From a virus: a stretch of 64,000 bases of DNA. Position numbers and translations under genes: made by a program. The stretch lies in IMG/VR virus record IMGVR_UViG_3300045974_000198, one strand, 5' to 3'. Shown here one piece after another: positions 54,464 through 64,000 of the stretch (positions within the stretch are counted from its first letter, which is position 1; every line of letters begins with the position of its first letter). The notes under the pieces are model-generated. The model was not told the origin of the DNA. It saw only the letters and a list, made by a program, of their open reading frames with translations, and ran no database searches.

Positions 54464-54985
54464 ATGAATGAGTGCAAAGAACACCCTAAGTATCAAGGGC
54501 TAAGGACTCCTAGGTCTGACTGTGCTGGCTGCTGGGATGTATACAGAGCTAAGCATAGTAAACCTGAGCCTGAACCTGTAATGAAAAAGACAAGAAAGCC
54601 TAGAGTAAAGCGTCTGCCACTATTGCCTGACGTATCTAAACTTGTTGTCGAGGCGATTGAGAAGTCTATAGATACAATAGCTACCTCTGAAAACTTAGTA
54701 AAGTGTGAACCACTAGAGCTGCCACCTAAGCAGGTTAAGATTGGCTTCACTAAAGAGGTTGAGAAGGCTATAGAGCTCGCTGTTGAAAAAGCAATGAAGA
54801 GTATAAGATATGAACATCTCCATATACCTATGAGTGAATTCACTATAGCAAAGATGAATGCATTTGAGAAGGATGGGTGGGCTTTTAAAGACTGCCTACG
54901 TGGAGACATAACAAGAAGCTACGGTCTTAAAGTAGACACGGTAGTTCTCACAAGGATAAGAGGGACAAGAAGATGTCAGCTATAA
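54464..54985 (+). CDS. hypothetical protein
   Basis: CKEHPKY..CAGC N-terminal zinc motif. Confidence 0.55.
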   Translation: MNECKEHPKYQGLRTPRSDCAGCWDVYRAKHSKPEPEPVMKKTRKPRVKRLPLLPDVSKLVVEAIEKSIDTIATSENLVKCEPLELPPKQVKIGFTKEVEKAIELAVEKAMKSIRYEHLHIPMSEFTIAKMNAFEKDGWAFKDCLRGDITRSYGLKVDTVVLTRIRGTRRCQL

Positions 54986-55311
54986 TGAAAATTGAAAATG
55001 CAAAAGTGCTATCAATTGAGAAAGGTAATGTCGAGAAGGATGTTGAAGTGCCAGTTATGGCATTCTCGGTTGATGGTGGTGAGGGTGGCCATATTAAGTG
55101 TCTTGTAAAAGGTGATATGGCTAAGGTTGTGTGGGCTACTCTAGGTAGTGGTGAGACTATTGATAGAACTCTTGATTTCAAAGGTATCAAGTCTGTCATT
55201 AGTTCATGTGTAAGTATAGAGGCTGAGTTTAGAGAGATTAGACCTCGTGAACTTGTGCTACAGAATCCTAAGTGCATTAGAGTTTCTCAGACCGTAACAA
55301 TTGGAGAATAA
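54973..55311 (+). CDS. hypothetical protein, possible OB fold
   Basis: 112-aa beta-rich ORF. Confidence 0.5.
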   Translation: MSAIMKIENAKVLSIEKGNVEKDVEVPVMAFSVDGGEGGHIKCLVKGDMAKVVWATLGSGETIDRTLDFKGIKSVISSCVSIEAEFREIRPRELVLQNPKCIRVSQTVTIGE

Positions 55312-55314
55312 TAT

Positions 55315-56127
55315 ATGATAGATTCCTTACAGCTCATTAAGCCTAAGAGACTATCTGATGACTTGAATGTGTTTATAAAGGATGATACATATACTATAGA
55401 CTTTGGAACGAGTAGAGTTGTTGGTGTTAAGGGCGGTGAGAAATCACCGCCTTGTGTCATCTCTACAAAGAACTTGTTTGGCGATAACTTTGAAGCTGCC
55501 AATGTCATAGATAATTTTGAATCTTTTATACCACCTACTGAATGGCATAGTATCATACTCAATGCTACCGATGTTAACCTGTTTAACTCAGTTGCGTCTG
55601 CAGGTGAGGACATGTTTTGGTTCGGACAACTTACTACGCTTGGTAAGCATCTTAAAGTACAGACTGCTGGTCTTGTATACTTTGTAGATTATGTATCACC
55701 CAAGTTAGATCTGCCAGAGATAACAGCACCAATAGATTATAACTTTTACTATTATATGTATCAGCTATTCAAGGGTGTCACTGGAAAGAAGTTGGCAACA
55801 CTAAAGATTACGAAGATTAATAATGTATTAATAGCTACTGATGAACAAGAAACATTCTATATTGTAAGTATGCTAGAGCATCGTGAGTTTAGATTTAAAG
55901 TTGTTAGTGCTACACAAATAGCTCAAGGCTTTGTTAATGGCTCTTATGATACTGGCGGGAAGACAACAAGGAAAGCACGCACTGCTGATGCTGATAGTAT
56001 GCTTAAGCACTTAAGTAAATTTCTTGGTGATGAGTTTCATGCAGCGGAGAACAAAGAGTGGATGAAGCTTTATAATATGCATGGAGCATTATATTTAGGC
56101 AAAAAGAAGGTGCAAGATGGAACTTGA
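55315..56127 (+). CDS. hypothetical protein
   Basis: 270-aa ORF. Confidence 0.65.
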   Translation: MIDSLQLIKPKRLSDDLNVFIKDDTYTIDFGTSRVVGVKGGEKSPPCVISTKNLFGDNFEAANVIDNFESFIPPTEWHSIILNATDVNLFNSVASAGEDMFWFGQLTTLGKHLKVQTAGLVYFVDYVSPKLDLPEITAPIDYNFYYYMYQLFKGVTGKKLATLKITKINNVLIATDEQETFYIVSMLEHREFRFKVVSATQIAQGFVNGSYDTGGKTTRKARTADADSMLKHLSKFLGDEFHAAENKEWMKLYNMHGALYLGKKKVQDGT

Positions 56128-56653
56128 ATTAGATGAATTAGAAAAGCAAGAAGAGGTTCCTGATCTGCAGCTTCCAAGCCTTGACAGGATAACTTATAGA
56201 GGTAAAACTTTGCAAGAATGGCAGGATGAATTCACCATACCGATGCCAAGGTTGCCCTCTACGGCCCATGAAATTACTCAGGTGATAGCTACCCTATATA
56301 ATAAGTATCAAACTGCTTATAACTGTTATTCTGAACTCTTCGTTATAGTCAATGGACTAGAGCGAGAGCTTAAGGCGGCTAAATTTAAGCTGATGGATGA
56401 GCTTGTTGAAGGCTATCGTGAGAAAGGAGCTAAGGCTCCAGGTAAAGATGTGCTTGAGATGTTAGCTTTGAATAAAGAGCCAGCTAAATCTCGCCTTGAT
56501 CAACTTCAAAAGATTGTTGCTATCAAGGAGTTCTTTGAGATACATAAAACAAAGTTAGATAAGGTTGCACCTATAGCTAAGGATATTTCTTATTCTGTTA
56601 ATCAGTCTGATAGGGTGACACATAGGACTGAATATGCAGGGAGTGGGCAATGA
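56117..56653 (+). CDS. coiled-coil protein, possibly UvsY-like
   Basis: Helical pattern only. Confidence 0.4.
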   Translation: MELELDELEKQEEVPDLQLPSLDRITYRGKTLQEWQDEFTIPMPRLPSTAHEITQVIATLYNKYQTAYNCYSELFVIVNGLERELKAAKFKLMDELVEGYREKGAKAPGKDVLEMLALNKEPAKSRLDQLQKIVAIKEFFEIHKTKLDKVAPIAKDISYSVNQSDRVTHRTEYAGSGQ

Positions 56654-57189
56654 AAAAGATTAGTGTAATATATGTAGGACAATGGAATGCGTGGGACTTT
56701 GTGTGGGAACTGTTAGACCAAGCTAAGAGAGCTGGTATAACATATACTGCTTATGACTATTTCACTACAACTATTCTCGAGATGAAGGAGTCTGAGGACT
56801 GTGATGGTTATGTCTATCTTGATATATTTCCTACTGATCAGAGCAAACCATTCACTTGGATCTTTGAAGATGATACTCAAGATGCTATCGTTAAAAAGAT
56901 ACAAGTGTTCGCTGGTCATCTAAAAGAAGGGTATATACAAAAGATTCTACCTAAAGAAGAGGTAATACCAGATGGAGATGAAGTTATTTCTGACTGTCAT
57001 GTGGGCTCTAGCAACCATATTTATGATTCTGTGGTGGCTAGTGTGGCAGCTGGGGAAGTATTTAAAGGTGTGGTCATAGAAGTTGATGGTAAAGAAATAA
57101 CATTAACATCAACAGATATATATAACTTAAGTAAACTACATGGAATGATGGAGCAGTTTGACTATAAAATCAAGAAGTTAATTGTATGA
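56650..57189 (+). CDS. hypothetical protein
   Basis: Coupled ORF. Confidence 0.6.
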   Translation: MKKISVIYVGQWNAWDFVWELLDQAKRAGITYTAYDYFTTTILEMKESEDCDGYVYLDIFPTDQSKPFTWIFEDDTQDAIVKKIQVFAGHLKEGYIQKILPKEEVIPDGDEVISDCHVGSSNHIYDSVVASVAAGEVFKGVVIEVDGKEITLTSTDIYNLSKLHGMMEQFDYKIKKLIV

Positions 57190-58085
57190 TAATACCAGCC
57201 TCATGTGATGTTATCATTAAGATAATATATAAGAAACATGTATCATATCAAAGAGTTAACCTATGGAATTATGATATTATCAGATCTAAACTACCACCTG
57301 ATGCAGACATAAGGATGCTTGTTATGCATAACGCAGACTTTGTATATCATTGGGCTGTACTGCATGGTGCTGAAAAGATTGATAAGATTGAAGTTGATAA
57401 GATAGCTACTAATTTTAGTGGCATCTACGCCTATGTGCCCAAGGGTATGAAGCCAAAGATAATTGAAGTGTCTCAAAATATATTTCCTAATAAAGTTCTT
57501 ACACCAACTGAAATAATTATTGGTGCTATCTGCGCAGATAAAACTAAAGACTTTGAAGTCAAGCTTAATATACGCGGAATTAACTGTCAAAGTCTCACGC
57601 TATTAGAGCTGTTAGATAGAGAGAAAATTAGTAAGTTTCCTAACTTAACTATCAATGGACATGCATTTAAATATAAAGAGTTTTTAGTAGACACAGAGCA
57701 ACAGATTAATATGTATTTGCGTGAATACTTTTCTAGTATAATAGATGTCTATCTAATGCATATACTGTTTAAGAATCATTATCTGCTACCATTACTATTT
57801 ACAAATTTTAACCTATCGGATGTCGTCGAAGGTGATAATCTTACAGTTCCCATAGAATTGTATTGGCTTTTCAAATTAAAGTATGGTAAATTATATAATA
57901 TTCGATCAATGATCAGGCTTAATCCGTCTTATCAAGCATCCGAGTTCAGTCATAATACTGTTCGGTTCAGGATGAGGCGTAAAAAGCAAATTGCATGTGT
58001 CGACAAGGGCATTGATATTAAGATACGGTGGAAGTCAGCGTCACCAGTTGTTATAAGTGGCTTCTTTCCTATGAGGTTTTTGTAA
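57186..58085 (+). CDS. hypothetical protein
   Basis: 299-aa coupled ORF. Confidence 0.6.
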   Translation: MIIPASCDVIIKIIYKKHVSYQRVNLWNYDIIRSKLPPDADIRMLVMHNADFVYHWAVLHGAEKIDKIEVDKIATNFSGIYAYVPKGMKPKIIEVSQNIFPNKVLTPTEIIIGAICADKTKDFEVKLNIRGINCQSLTLLELLDREKISKFPNLTINGHAFKYKEFLVDTEQQINMYLREYFSSIIDVYLMHILFKNHYLLPLLFTNFNLSDVVEGDNLTVPIELYWLFKLKYGKLYNIRSMIRLNPSYQASEFSHNTVRFRMRRKKQIACVDKGIDIKIRWKSASPVVISGFFPMRFL

Positions 58086-58549
58086 TGAGTGATAATTCGG
58101 AGCTCTTGATTATATCAAGAGTGAGTAAGCCTGGTAAACGTGACAGGCATTGGGTAGTAAGAATAGAACAAACTGATCTTGAGATGTTTATTGAGAATGT
58201 CAGTTTTCATGGTGCTATTATTGCTATCTGCAACACGTTTGATGAAGCACGAATAGTAGTAAATAATATAAAATGAGGTAATACAAATGAATAACTGGAA
58301 ACAATACGTTAAGGCAACACATACACTTAAGGCAACTAATACAGTAACCCAACTGACTGACATTATTAACCGTGATTCTATTACTAAGGTAACACTTGGT
58401 CAGGTCCGTGCAGTAAAAGCTCATCTTACAATGGGTCATAATGTTCGCTAATAACATTTAGTTCTGGCGTGGGATGGTAGTGTGATGATAGGGGTGCGAA
58501 AAAGTAGTCGTATAAGCAGGCGGCGTCCCAGAATTAAAGAGAGGTAGCA

Positions 58550-59548
58550 GTGAAACAGATACATTTTATAGCAGCAGATCCATATGCTTGTGGACATTAT
58601 AGATGCACATTGCCAGCTTTAACGCTAGCTAACAGTGATAGGTATAGCGCTACAAGTTATTTTGGACCAGAGATTAAACTAGAAATAGTGCAGAACGCAC
58701 AGATACTTGTGCTTCAAAGACAGGCTGACCCAGCCTTCCATGAAGTAGTTAAGATGTCACATTCATTTGGTAACAAGGTATTGTTTGATCTTGATGATAA
58801 TTTATGGTGTATACCTTCTTATAATTATGCACATAAGTTTTATAATAGACAGATTTTAAAGGCTATGAGTGACTTAATGTCTGTATGTGATGGCATAGTA
58901 ACTTCTACTAAGCCTCTTGGTGACTTTCTTAGTAGGTGGAATAAGAATATTCATGTTATAAGGAATAGGATTAGCTTTCCTACTGTGCCTCATCCTCCAA
59001 AAACTAATGATACTATTAAGATTGGCTGGGCAGGGTCACCTACTCATGTTGGTGATTTCGATAGTAAATGTTTGCATGCTCTTAAAGAGATAAAGAAGAA
59101 GTATAATAATGTTGAATTTGTATTCATGGGTTATTGTCCTCCTGAGCTTCAAGCAGTCTCTACTATGGCTGATATATGTGACGTTAAAGACTATGTTAAT
59201 GTCGTAACTAGTTATAACTGGGATATTGGTATAGCACCATTGCTTGATAACTTCTTTAATGTATGTAAGAGTAATTTAAAATGGATGGAATATGCAGCAT
59301 GCAATATGCCTACAGTAGCGTCACCAGTATATCCATACAAGAATTCTATTGTTCATGGGGAAACTGGGTTCTTTGCAACAAAGTCTACAGAGTGGTTTCA
59401 GTATCTGTCGTTGCTAGTTGAAAATGAACAAGAGAGAAGACGTATAGCAAATAATGCTTTAGATATTATTAGAAGAGACTTCTCATATGAGAATGTGTCT
59501 GACTATGCAGACGAGTGGGATGTTGCCTGTGCTTCAGTGGGGATGTAA
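58550..59548 (+). CDS. GT4-like glycosyltransferase
   Basis: GHYR...P, DLDD, IGWAGS, DIGIAPL..N.FN..KSNLKWMEY. Confidence 0.85.
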   Translation: MKQIHFIAADPYACGHYRCTLPALTLANSDRYSATSYFGPEIKLEIVQNAQILVLQRQADPAFHEVVKMSHSFGNKVLFDLDDNLWCIPSYNYAHKFYNRQILKAMSDLMSVCDGIVTSTKPLGDFLSRWNKNIHVIRNRISFPTVPHPPKTNDTIKIGWAGSPTHVGDFDSKCLHALKEIKKKYNNVEFVFMGYCPPELQAVSTMADICDVKDYVNVVTSYNWDIGIAPLLDNFFNVCKSNLKWMEYAACNMPTVASPVYPYKNSIVHGETGFFATKSTEWFQYLSLLVENEQERRRIANNALDIIRRDFSYENVSDYADEWDVACASVGM

Positions 59549-59712
59549 TATGGACAGAATAGAGAAGGCTGCAAGACTTGCTGAATATGTTACTGATAGC
59601 ATGGACATGAGTGACATATATAGTTATGTCTATCATTCATTAGCTGAAGCCTATGAAGCTATGGATAAGAAAGAGTTCGATGAACTCTATGAAGAATATT
59701 ACGAGGACTAAA

Positions 59713-60879
59713 ATGAGTTATACTCCAATACATATGCACTCAATGTATTCAGTAAGGGATGCTGTTATAAAAATCAAGGATCTTGCTGCTACATGTGCTG
59801 AATATGGTATCGAGTCTTGTGCTATTACTGACCATGGTGGTATGTGGGGAGCTTATAAGCAATACAAGACATTTAAAGACTATAAAATTAAACCTCTTAT
59901 TGGTTGTGAGTTCTATGTCACCGATGACATGTCACTAAAAGAAAAGCATTTTCACTTAGTTGTAATTGCCAAGAATATGAATGGCTTTAAGAATCTATGT
60001 GCACTTAGCTCAGCAGCATATCTACAAGGGTTCTATGGTAAGCCACGTATAGACAAGACACTATTGGCTCAGTATAAAGATGATCTTATCTGTTCGTCTG
60101 CATGTATCTTTGGGCAACCACAACAGTATCTATTGAATGGTCAGCTTGATGAGTGTATTGAAGAGATTAAGGTCTATCAGACTATGTTTGGTGAAGATTA
60201 TTATCTTGAAATAGCAGACCATAATATGGCTGAAGAAGATTTGGTGCGCGATAACTTTAGAAACATTGGTGAACACCTTGGTATTAAGGTAGTGCCTGCT
60301 ACAGACTCGCACTATCTTAAGAAAGAAGATAAAGAATTTCATAATCTATTTAAGCAGTTAGCTTATAATACGGTTGGGAGACATGAAGATGATTTTCCAG
60401 GGACAGGCTATCACTTATGGACGGTTGATGAAATGGCTGCGAAGTTTACGACTGCTGAGATTGCCAATACTAATGAGATAGCTGATAAGTGTAGCACTAA
60501 GTTTGAGTTTTATAAGTATCATCTACCTAAGTTTAAAACGCCTGCTAACTCTGATGCATATGAGCATCTATACCACCTGTCTATGGCAGGTATGGTGAAT
60601 AGAGGTCTAATAGGTAACGAAGAATATGAACAAAGACTTAAGTATGAGATGCAGCAATTGCATCTAACTGAACTAGAGGATTACTTCCTCATTGTGAGTG
60701 ATTATGTTAAGTGGTGTAAGTGCTCTGGCATACCTGTGGGGACCGCTCGCGGGTCTGGCGGTGGCAGTCTTGTTGCTTGGCTGGTGGGAATAACTGAAGT
60801 AGACCCAATAAGATACGATCTTTTATTTGCCAGAGCGATTAATCCAGGAAGAGCTCTGCAGTATGATTTTGGAGTATAA
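59713..60879 (+). CDS. dnaE: DNA polymerase III alpha, N-terminal fragment (PHP domain plus start of palm)
   Basis: HMHSMYS, TDHG, GCEFY, DSHY, RGSGGGSLVAWL.GITEVDP; stops just after the NPGR motif. Confidence 0.85.
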   Translation: MSYTPIHMHSMYSVRDAVIKIKDLAATCAEYGIESCAITDHGGMWGAYKQYKTFKDYKIKPLIGCEFYVTDDMSLKEKHFHLVVIAKNMNGFKNLCALSSAAYLQGFYGKPRIDKTLLAQYKDDLICSSACIFGQPQQYLLNGQLDECIEEIKVYQTMFGEDYYLEIADHNMAEEDLVRDNFRNIGEHLGIKVVPATDSHYLKKEDKEFHNLFKQLAYNTVGRHEDDFPGTGYHLWTVDEMAAKFTTAEIANTNEIADKCSTKFEFYKYHLPKFKTPANSDAYEHLYHLSMAGMVNRGLIGNEEYEQRLKYEMQQLHLTELEDYFLIVSDYVKWCKCSGIPVGTARGSGGGSLVAWLVGITEVDPIRYDLLFARAINPGRALQYDFGV

Positions 60880-61403
60880 GATGATTTCAGAAGTGTGGAT
60901 ACAGAATAATCCTGAAACTTATTTCTTTCTATCTATGATCTTAGAAACAAACAGACAAATAAAAGAAAGAGAGCAGGTAAGAAAATATTATTTAAAGAAT
61001 AAAGAAAAGAAGAAGGCTCAAGTAAAGAAATGGACTTTATCTAATCCTCAAAATATAAGAGATGCGAGTAAAAGGTATGCAGCTAAGACTGGAAAGCTTT
61101 ATTGGCGTGCAAGTGTAAAGTTACATAATTGGCGGGTATCTATATATAAATCATGTAATTCTAAGTGTTTAGTTTGTGGCTCTGATAATGATTTGCAAGC
61201 TCATCATATTTATAACTTTAAAGAATATACTGATCTAAGATATTCTGCTGCGAATGGAGTGCTTTTATGTAAAGCTTGTCATATACTTACTGGCGGATTT
61301 CATTCTTCTTATAGAAATATAAATAATCACCCATTACAGTTTGAAGAGTTTAGAGTTAATAGAGCATGGGAATTAGCTTGTGCATAAATCTTTTGGAGTA
61401 TAA
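60867..61403 (+). repeat. 13-bp direct repeat TTTTGGAGTATAA flanking the HNH gene
   Basis: Copies at 60867-60879 and 61391-61403 (also 10978-10990). Confidence 0.6.
60881..61387 (+). CDS. HNH endonuclease
   Basis: CLVCG..LQAHHI...NGVLLCKACH..FH. Confidence 0.85.
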   Translation: MISEVWIQNNPETYFFLSMILETNRQIKEREQVRKYYLKNKEKKKAQVKKWTLSNPQNIRDASKRYAAKTGKLYWRASVKLHNWRVSIYKSCNSKCLVCGSDNDLQAHHIYNFKEYTDLRYSAANGVLLCKACHILTGGFHSSYRNINNHPLQFEEFRVNRAWELACA

Positions 61404-62421
61404 ATATGAATAAAGACCTAGGAACATTGATCAGTGTATTAAAAGATATTGCTATTTATAAGTATGATGGGCACTATACAATATTCTCTTTTACAACTGG
61501 GTACAGAGTAATGCTTGGTACCCCTGATCTTGATAGCGGAGCTGGCAGGAGAGAACTTGAAGAAGCAACTAACACTTGCTCAACACTCGAAGATGCTATC
61601 ACAAACTGTATTATTAACGAACTAGAATAATATTAACAGGAGAAATAAAAATGGCAATTAAGTATTGTAAAATTGGACTAAGCTTAAACATTGGAAACCG
61701 TAAGGCTTCTATTGGTGAGCCCATCGAACTACCAGAAGGCGAGCTTAACACTAACACATGTGATGGTGAGCTTAATATTCTTGTAGCTAACTTTGCTATG
61801 GCAGTAATGGCTCTACCAAGTGCGGATTCAACATATACATTTGATGGTGTTAAGAATGCTGTAGCTGACTACTTTCAACTGCAACCCATTGTAGGAGAGT
61901 AATATGTATTGGAAATGGATTAGGGTCATCGTAGAGGTTGCGCTAACAATCATTTTAGCACTAATGGTATAAGGTTAATATGCACGATAAAATGCAAGCA
62001 GTAATAAATAGCACTAAGAAGCTTATAGCTTCATTAGAAAACCTAGATATAGAAGGCCCTATTCCGTTTCTTGAGGAAGCAATCTGTAATATTGAACAGG
62101 CTCAGGAAGAGTGGGAGCTATATCATGGTGAGGAAGAAGAGTAATGGATATATATGAAGTTGAACAGTTGCTTGAAAGTAAATTTGAAAACATGGGACAC
62201 AGTTCTAAAGATAGTGTATTCTGCGTTACGCTCGCTGATGTCATTGATATCATGGCTGTAGCTCTTGGGACAGATGCACTAAAGATACATGACCATGACC
62301 TGATTGAGTATCTTAAGAACGTTAAGAACTTACTTGAGGATCACCTATCTCATACTATCTATGCTGCTATCAATGATGATATAGAAGAGACTAGAGAAAA
62401 CAGACTAGCTGAGGGTAAGCA

Positions 62422-63087
62422 ATGAAGATTAAGCTTATAAAGCCATCGTGCACAATGAGCTGTCCTATCCCTGGTAGAGTTATGCTTGACTTGATTGAGC
62501 AGGCTGGTAGGACATGCTATAAGTCTGAGACTAAGATAACAAAGAACTCTTCTGAGGAATTTGTTAGGATGATTATTAAGAGAGGTCATGAGAGTGTTCT
62601 GGAACATCATGGGTTTAGTGTTAGGTTTATCTGTGATCGTGGCATTAGCCATGAGCTTGTGCGTCATCGTATTGCGTCTTTTTCTCAGGAAAGCACCAGA
62701 TATGTAGGGTATAAAGATGCAGCAGAGTTTATTATACCAAGCTGGATGGATCTTGAGCCAGTTGAGTTTGATGCTGAAGATTCTATATTTATATGTGAGC
62801 TTTGGGAAGGTAAATCTCAGGCTGATATATGGTGGATGGGTTCTATGATAGATGCAGCTATTAAGTATAGTTGTCTTCTGAAAGAAAACTGGCGTCCCGA
62901 GCAGGCTCGTAGTATACTACCCAATAGTTTGAAGACGGAGATTGTTATGACAGCGAACCTAAGAGAGTGGAGACACTTCTTTAAGCTAAGAACAAGTGAT
63001 GCAGCTCACCCTGATATGCGTGCTATCACGCGGCCTCTATTAGAAGGCGTGAAGAAGACTATACCAGTGGTATTCGAGGACTTATAA
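62422..63087 (+). CDS. thyX: FAD-dependent thymidylate synthase
   Basis: RGHESVLEH, SHELVRHRIASFSQESTRY, EQAR.ILP, HPDMR. Confidence 0.95.
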   Translation: MKIKLIKPSCTMSCPIPGRVMLDLIEQAGRTCYKSETKITKNSSEEFVRMIIKRGHESVLEHHGFSVRFICDRGISHELVRHRIASFSQESTRYVGYKDAAEFIIPSWMDLEPVEFDAEDSIFICELWEGKSQADIWWMGSMIDAAIKYSCLLKENWRPEQARSILPNSLKTEIVMTANLREWRHFFKLRTSDAAHPDMRAITRPLLEGVKKTIPVVFEDL

Positions 63088-63503
63088 TGTGGCAAACTAT
63101 GGATGGTCCACTTCCTATTGGAAGAAGTAGCTTAGATTTACCAAGCAGTAGTAAACCAGTAAGTTTTAGATATGCACCAACTTGCTTAAGTTGTTACCAC
63201 AAGGGCACAGTAAGCTATCAATATCCTCATGGAGATGGCAAGAATTATGACTATGGTTCTGTTAGAACTTGTAAGTTACATGATTGCACTATTGAAGCAG
63301 AGTATATAGATAATGTTTGTGATGATTTTATCTTGTCTTCTTGGGAGCTGCGTGGTATAAGAAAAAGAGAAGAGCGAATTGCAGTGTTATTAGACTTGCG
63401 TCAGCATGGCATTGAAGTGAAGGGTCCATTCCGCAATATGTATGCTGGAGATATGCTATTAGGTAATCATCCAGACCAAGATAAAGATATATTAGGAGAT
63501 TAA
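63087..63503 (+). CDS. hypothetical Cys-containing protein
   Basis: Coupled ORF with CxxC. Confidence 0.5.
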   Translation: MWQTMDGPLPIGRSSLDLPSSSKPVSFRYAPTCLSCYHKGTVSYQYPHGDGKNYDYGSVRTCKLHDCTIEAEYIDNVCDDFILSSWELRGIRKREERIAVLLDLRQHGIEVKGPFRNMYAGDMLLGNHPDQDKDILGD

Positions 63504-63504
63504 T

Positions 63505-63747
63505 ATGGCACAGTGGCGTAAGAAACCAGTAACAATTGAGGCTGTCCAGTGGACAGGTGATAACTACGAGGAATGTGTCGAGTTCCTTGGTGAAGATAGT
63601 GTAGGTGGTAAGGGTGGTGAGTTGTATATTGATACCATTGAAGGTGTTATGACAGCCAAGAAAGGTGACTTCCTTATCCAAGGTGTTAAGGGCGAGCACT
63701 ATTCATGTAGAGAAGATATCTTCTATCAGACATACGACCAGGTGTAA
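63505..63747 (+). CDS. conserved small phage protein (RKKPVTIEAVQWTG family)
   Basis: IDTIEGVM.A..GDFLIQGVKGE.Y.C..DIF..TY. Confidence 0.7.
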   Translation: MAQWRKKPVTIEAVQWTGDNYEECVEFLGEDSVGGKGGELYIDTIEGVMTAKKGDFLIQGVKGEHYSCREDIFYQTYDQV

Positions 63748-64000
63748 GAATGGCACAAGCTGACGTGTGGTCTGGTCGAATATCATTAAGAAGAGTATGG
63801 AAAACGTCAAGAAATGGGTCTGTTTGCTATGCTTGTGGGGCTTCAATAAGTATAGGTGAGAAATATTTCTTCTATGACTATTGGCCTAAGTATAATCCTA
63901 AGTTATTCACGCACAGGTCAGCAGATTTATGTAAGTCATGTACACATTCACCAGGAGCCGTAGCTGCAATTGTTAACATAGGATATCAGGAAGAGAAAGA

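Noticed and set aside
60827-60879. Split-intein DnaE as in cyanobacteria
   Set aside because: No Cys/Ser-initiated intein N-fragment follows the polymerase sequence.
3955-63699. Most minus-strand and nested ORFs in the six-frame track
   Set aside because: They shadow well-supported plus-strand genes or tRNAs, and lack RBS and motifs.
1-64000. Genome-wide TAG recoding (genetic code 15/16) suggested by the CTA tRNA
   Set aside because: Long conserved genes are intact under code 11, and TAG ends full-length ferritin, NadM-Nudix, PARP, RT and SGNH genes.

Overview
Almost entirely plus-strand, AT-rich segment of a large (jumbo-type) bacteriophage genome. Phage origin is inferred from dense short hypothetical ORFs, HNH endonucleases and the mix of accessory genes; no structural genes are seen. 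A small sigma54-driven gene hints at a Geobacter/Desulfuromonadia-like host (weak, from recall). About 1-37 kb is a tRNA/RNA-repair/NAD region: about 28 tRNA-like genes covering all 20 amino acids plus an amber suppressor, a CCA-adding enzyme, Ro60/TROVE, an RlaP-like nucleotidyltransferase, NadM-Nudix, Nampt, PARP, ligase and ferritin. About 37.8-44.8 kb holds a retron-like RT, a nucleotidyltransferase and a PRTRC-like ubiquitin-like cassette. About 45-64 kb holds nucleotide metabolism, glycosyltransferase/radical-SAM genes, an N-terminal DnaE fragment and ThyX. Top candidates for undescribed systems: (1) a minimal retron-like RT followed by about 700 nt of hairpin-rich noncoding DNA packed with restriction-type palindromes (decoy hypothesis); (2) an amber suppressor tRNA beside a Pth2-like gene whose second codon is TAG, plus an amber-containing leader ORF; (3) six Y-RNA-like elements around Ro60, three carrying circularly permuted tRNAs that keep their anticodon arms; (4) two HNH+tRNA cassettes, each sitting inside a split tRNA gene. 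All calls were made by eye, with no database searches or folding software.
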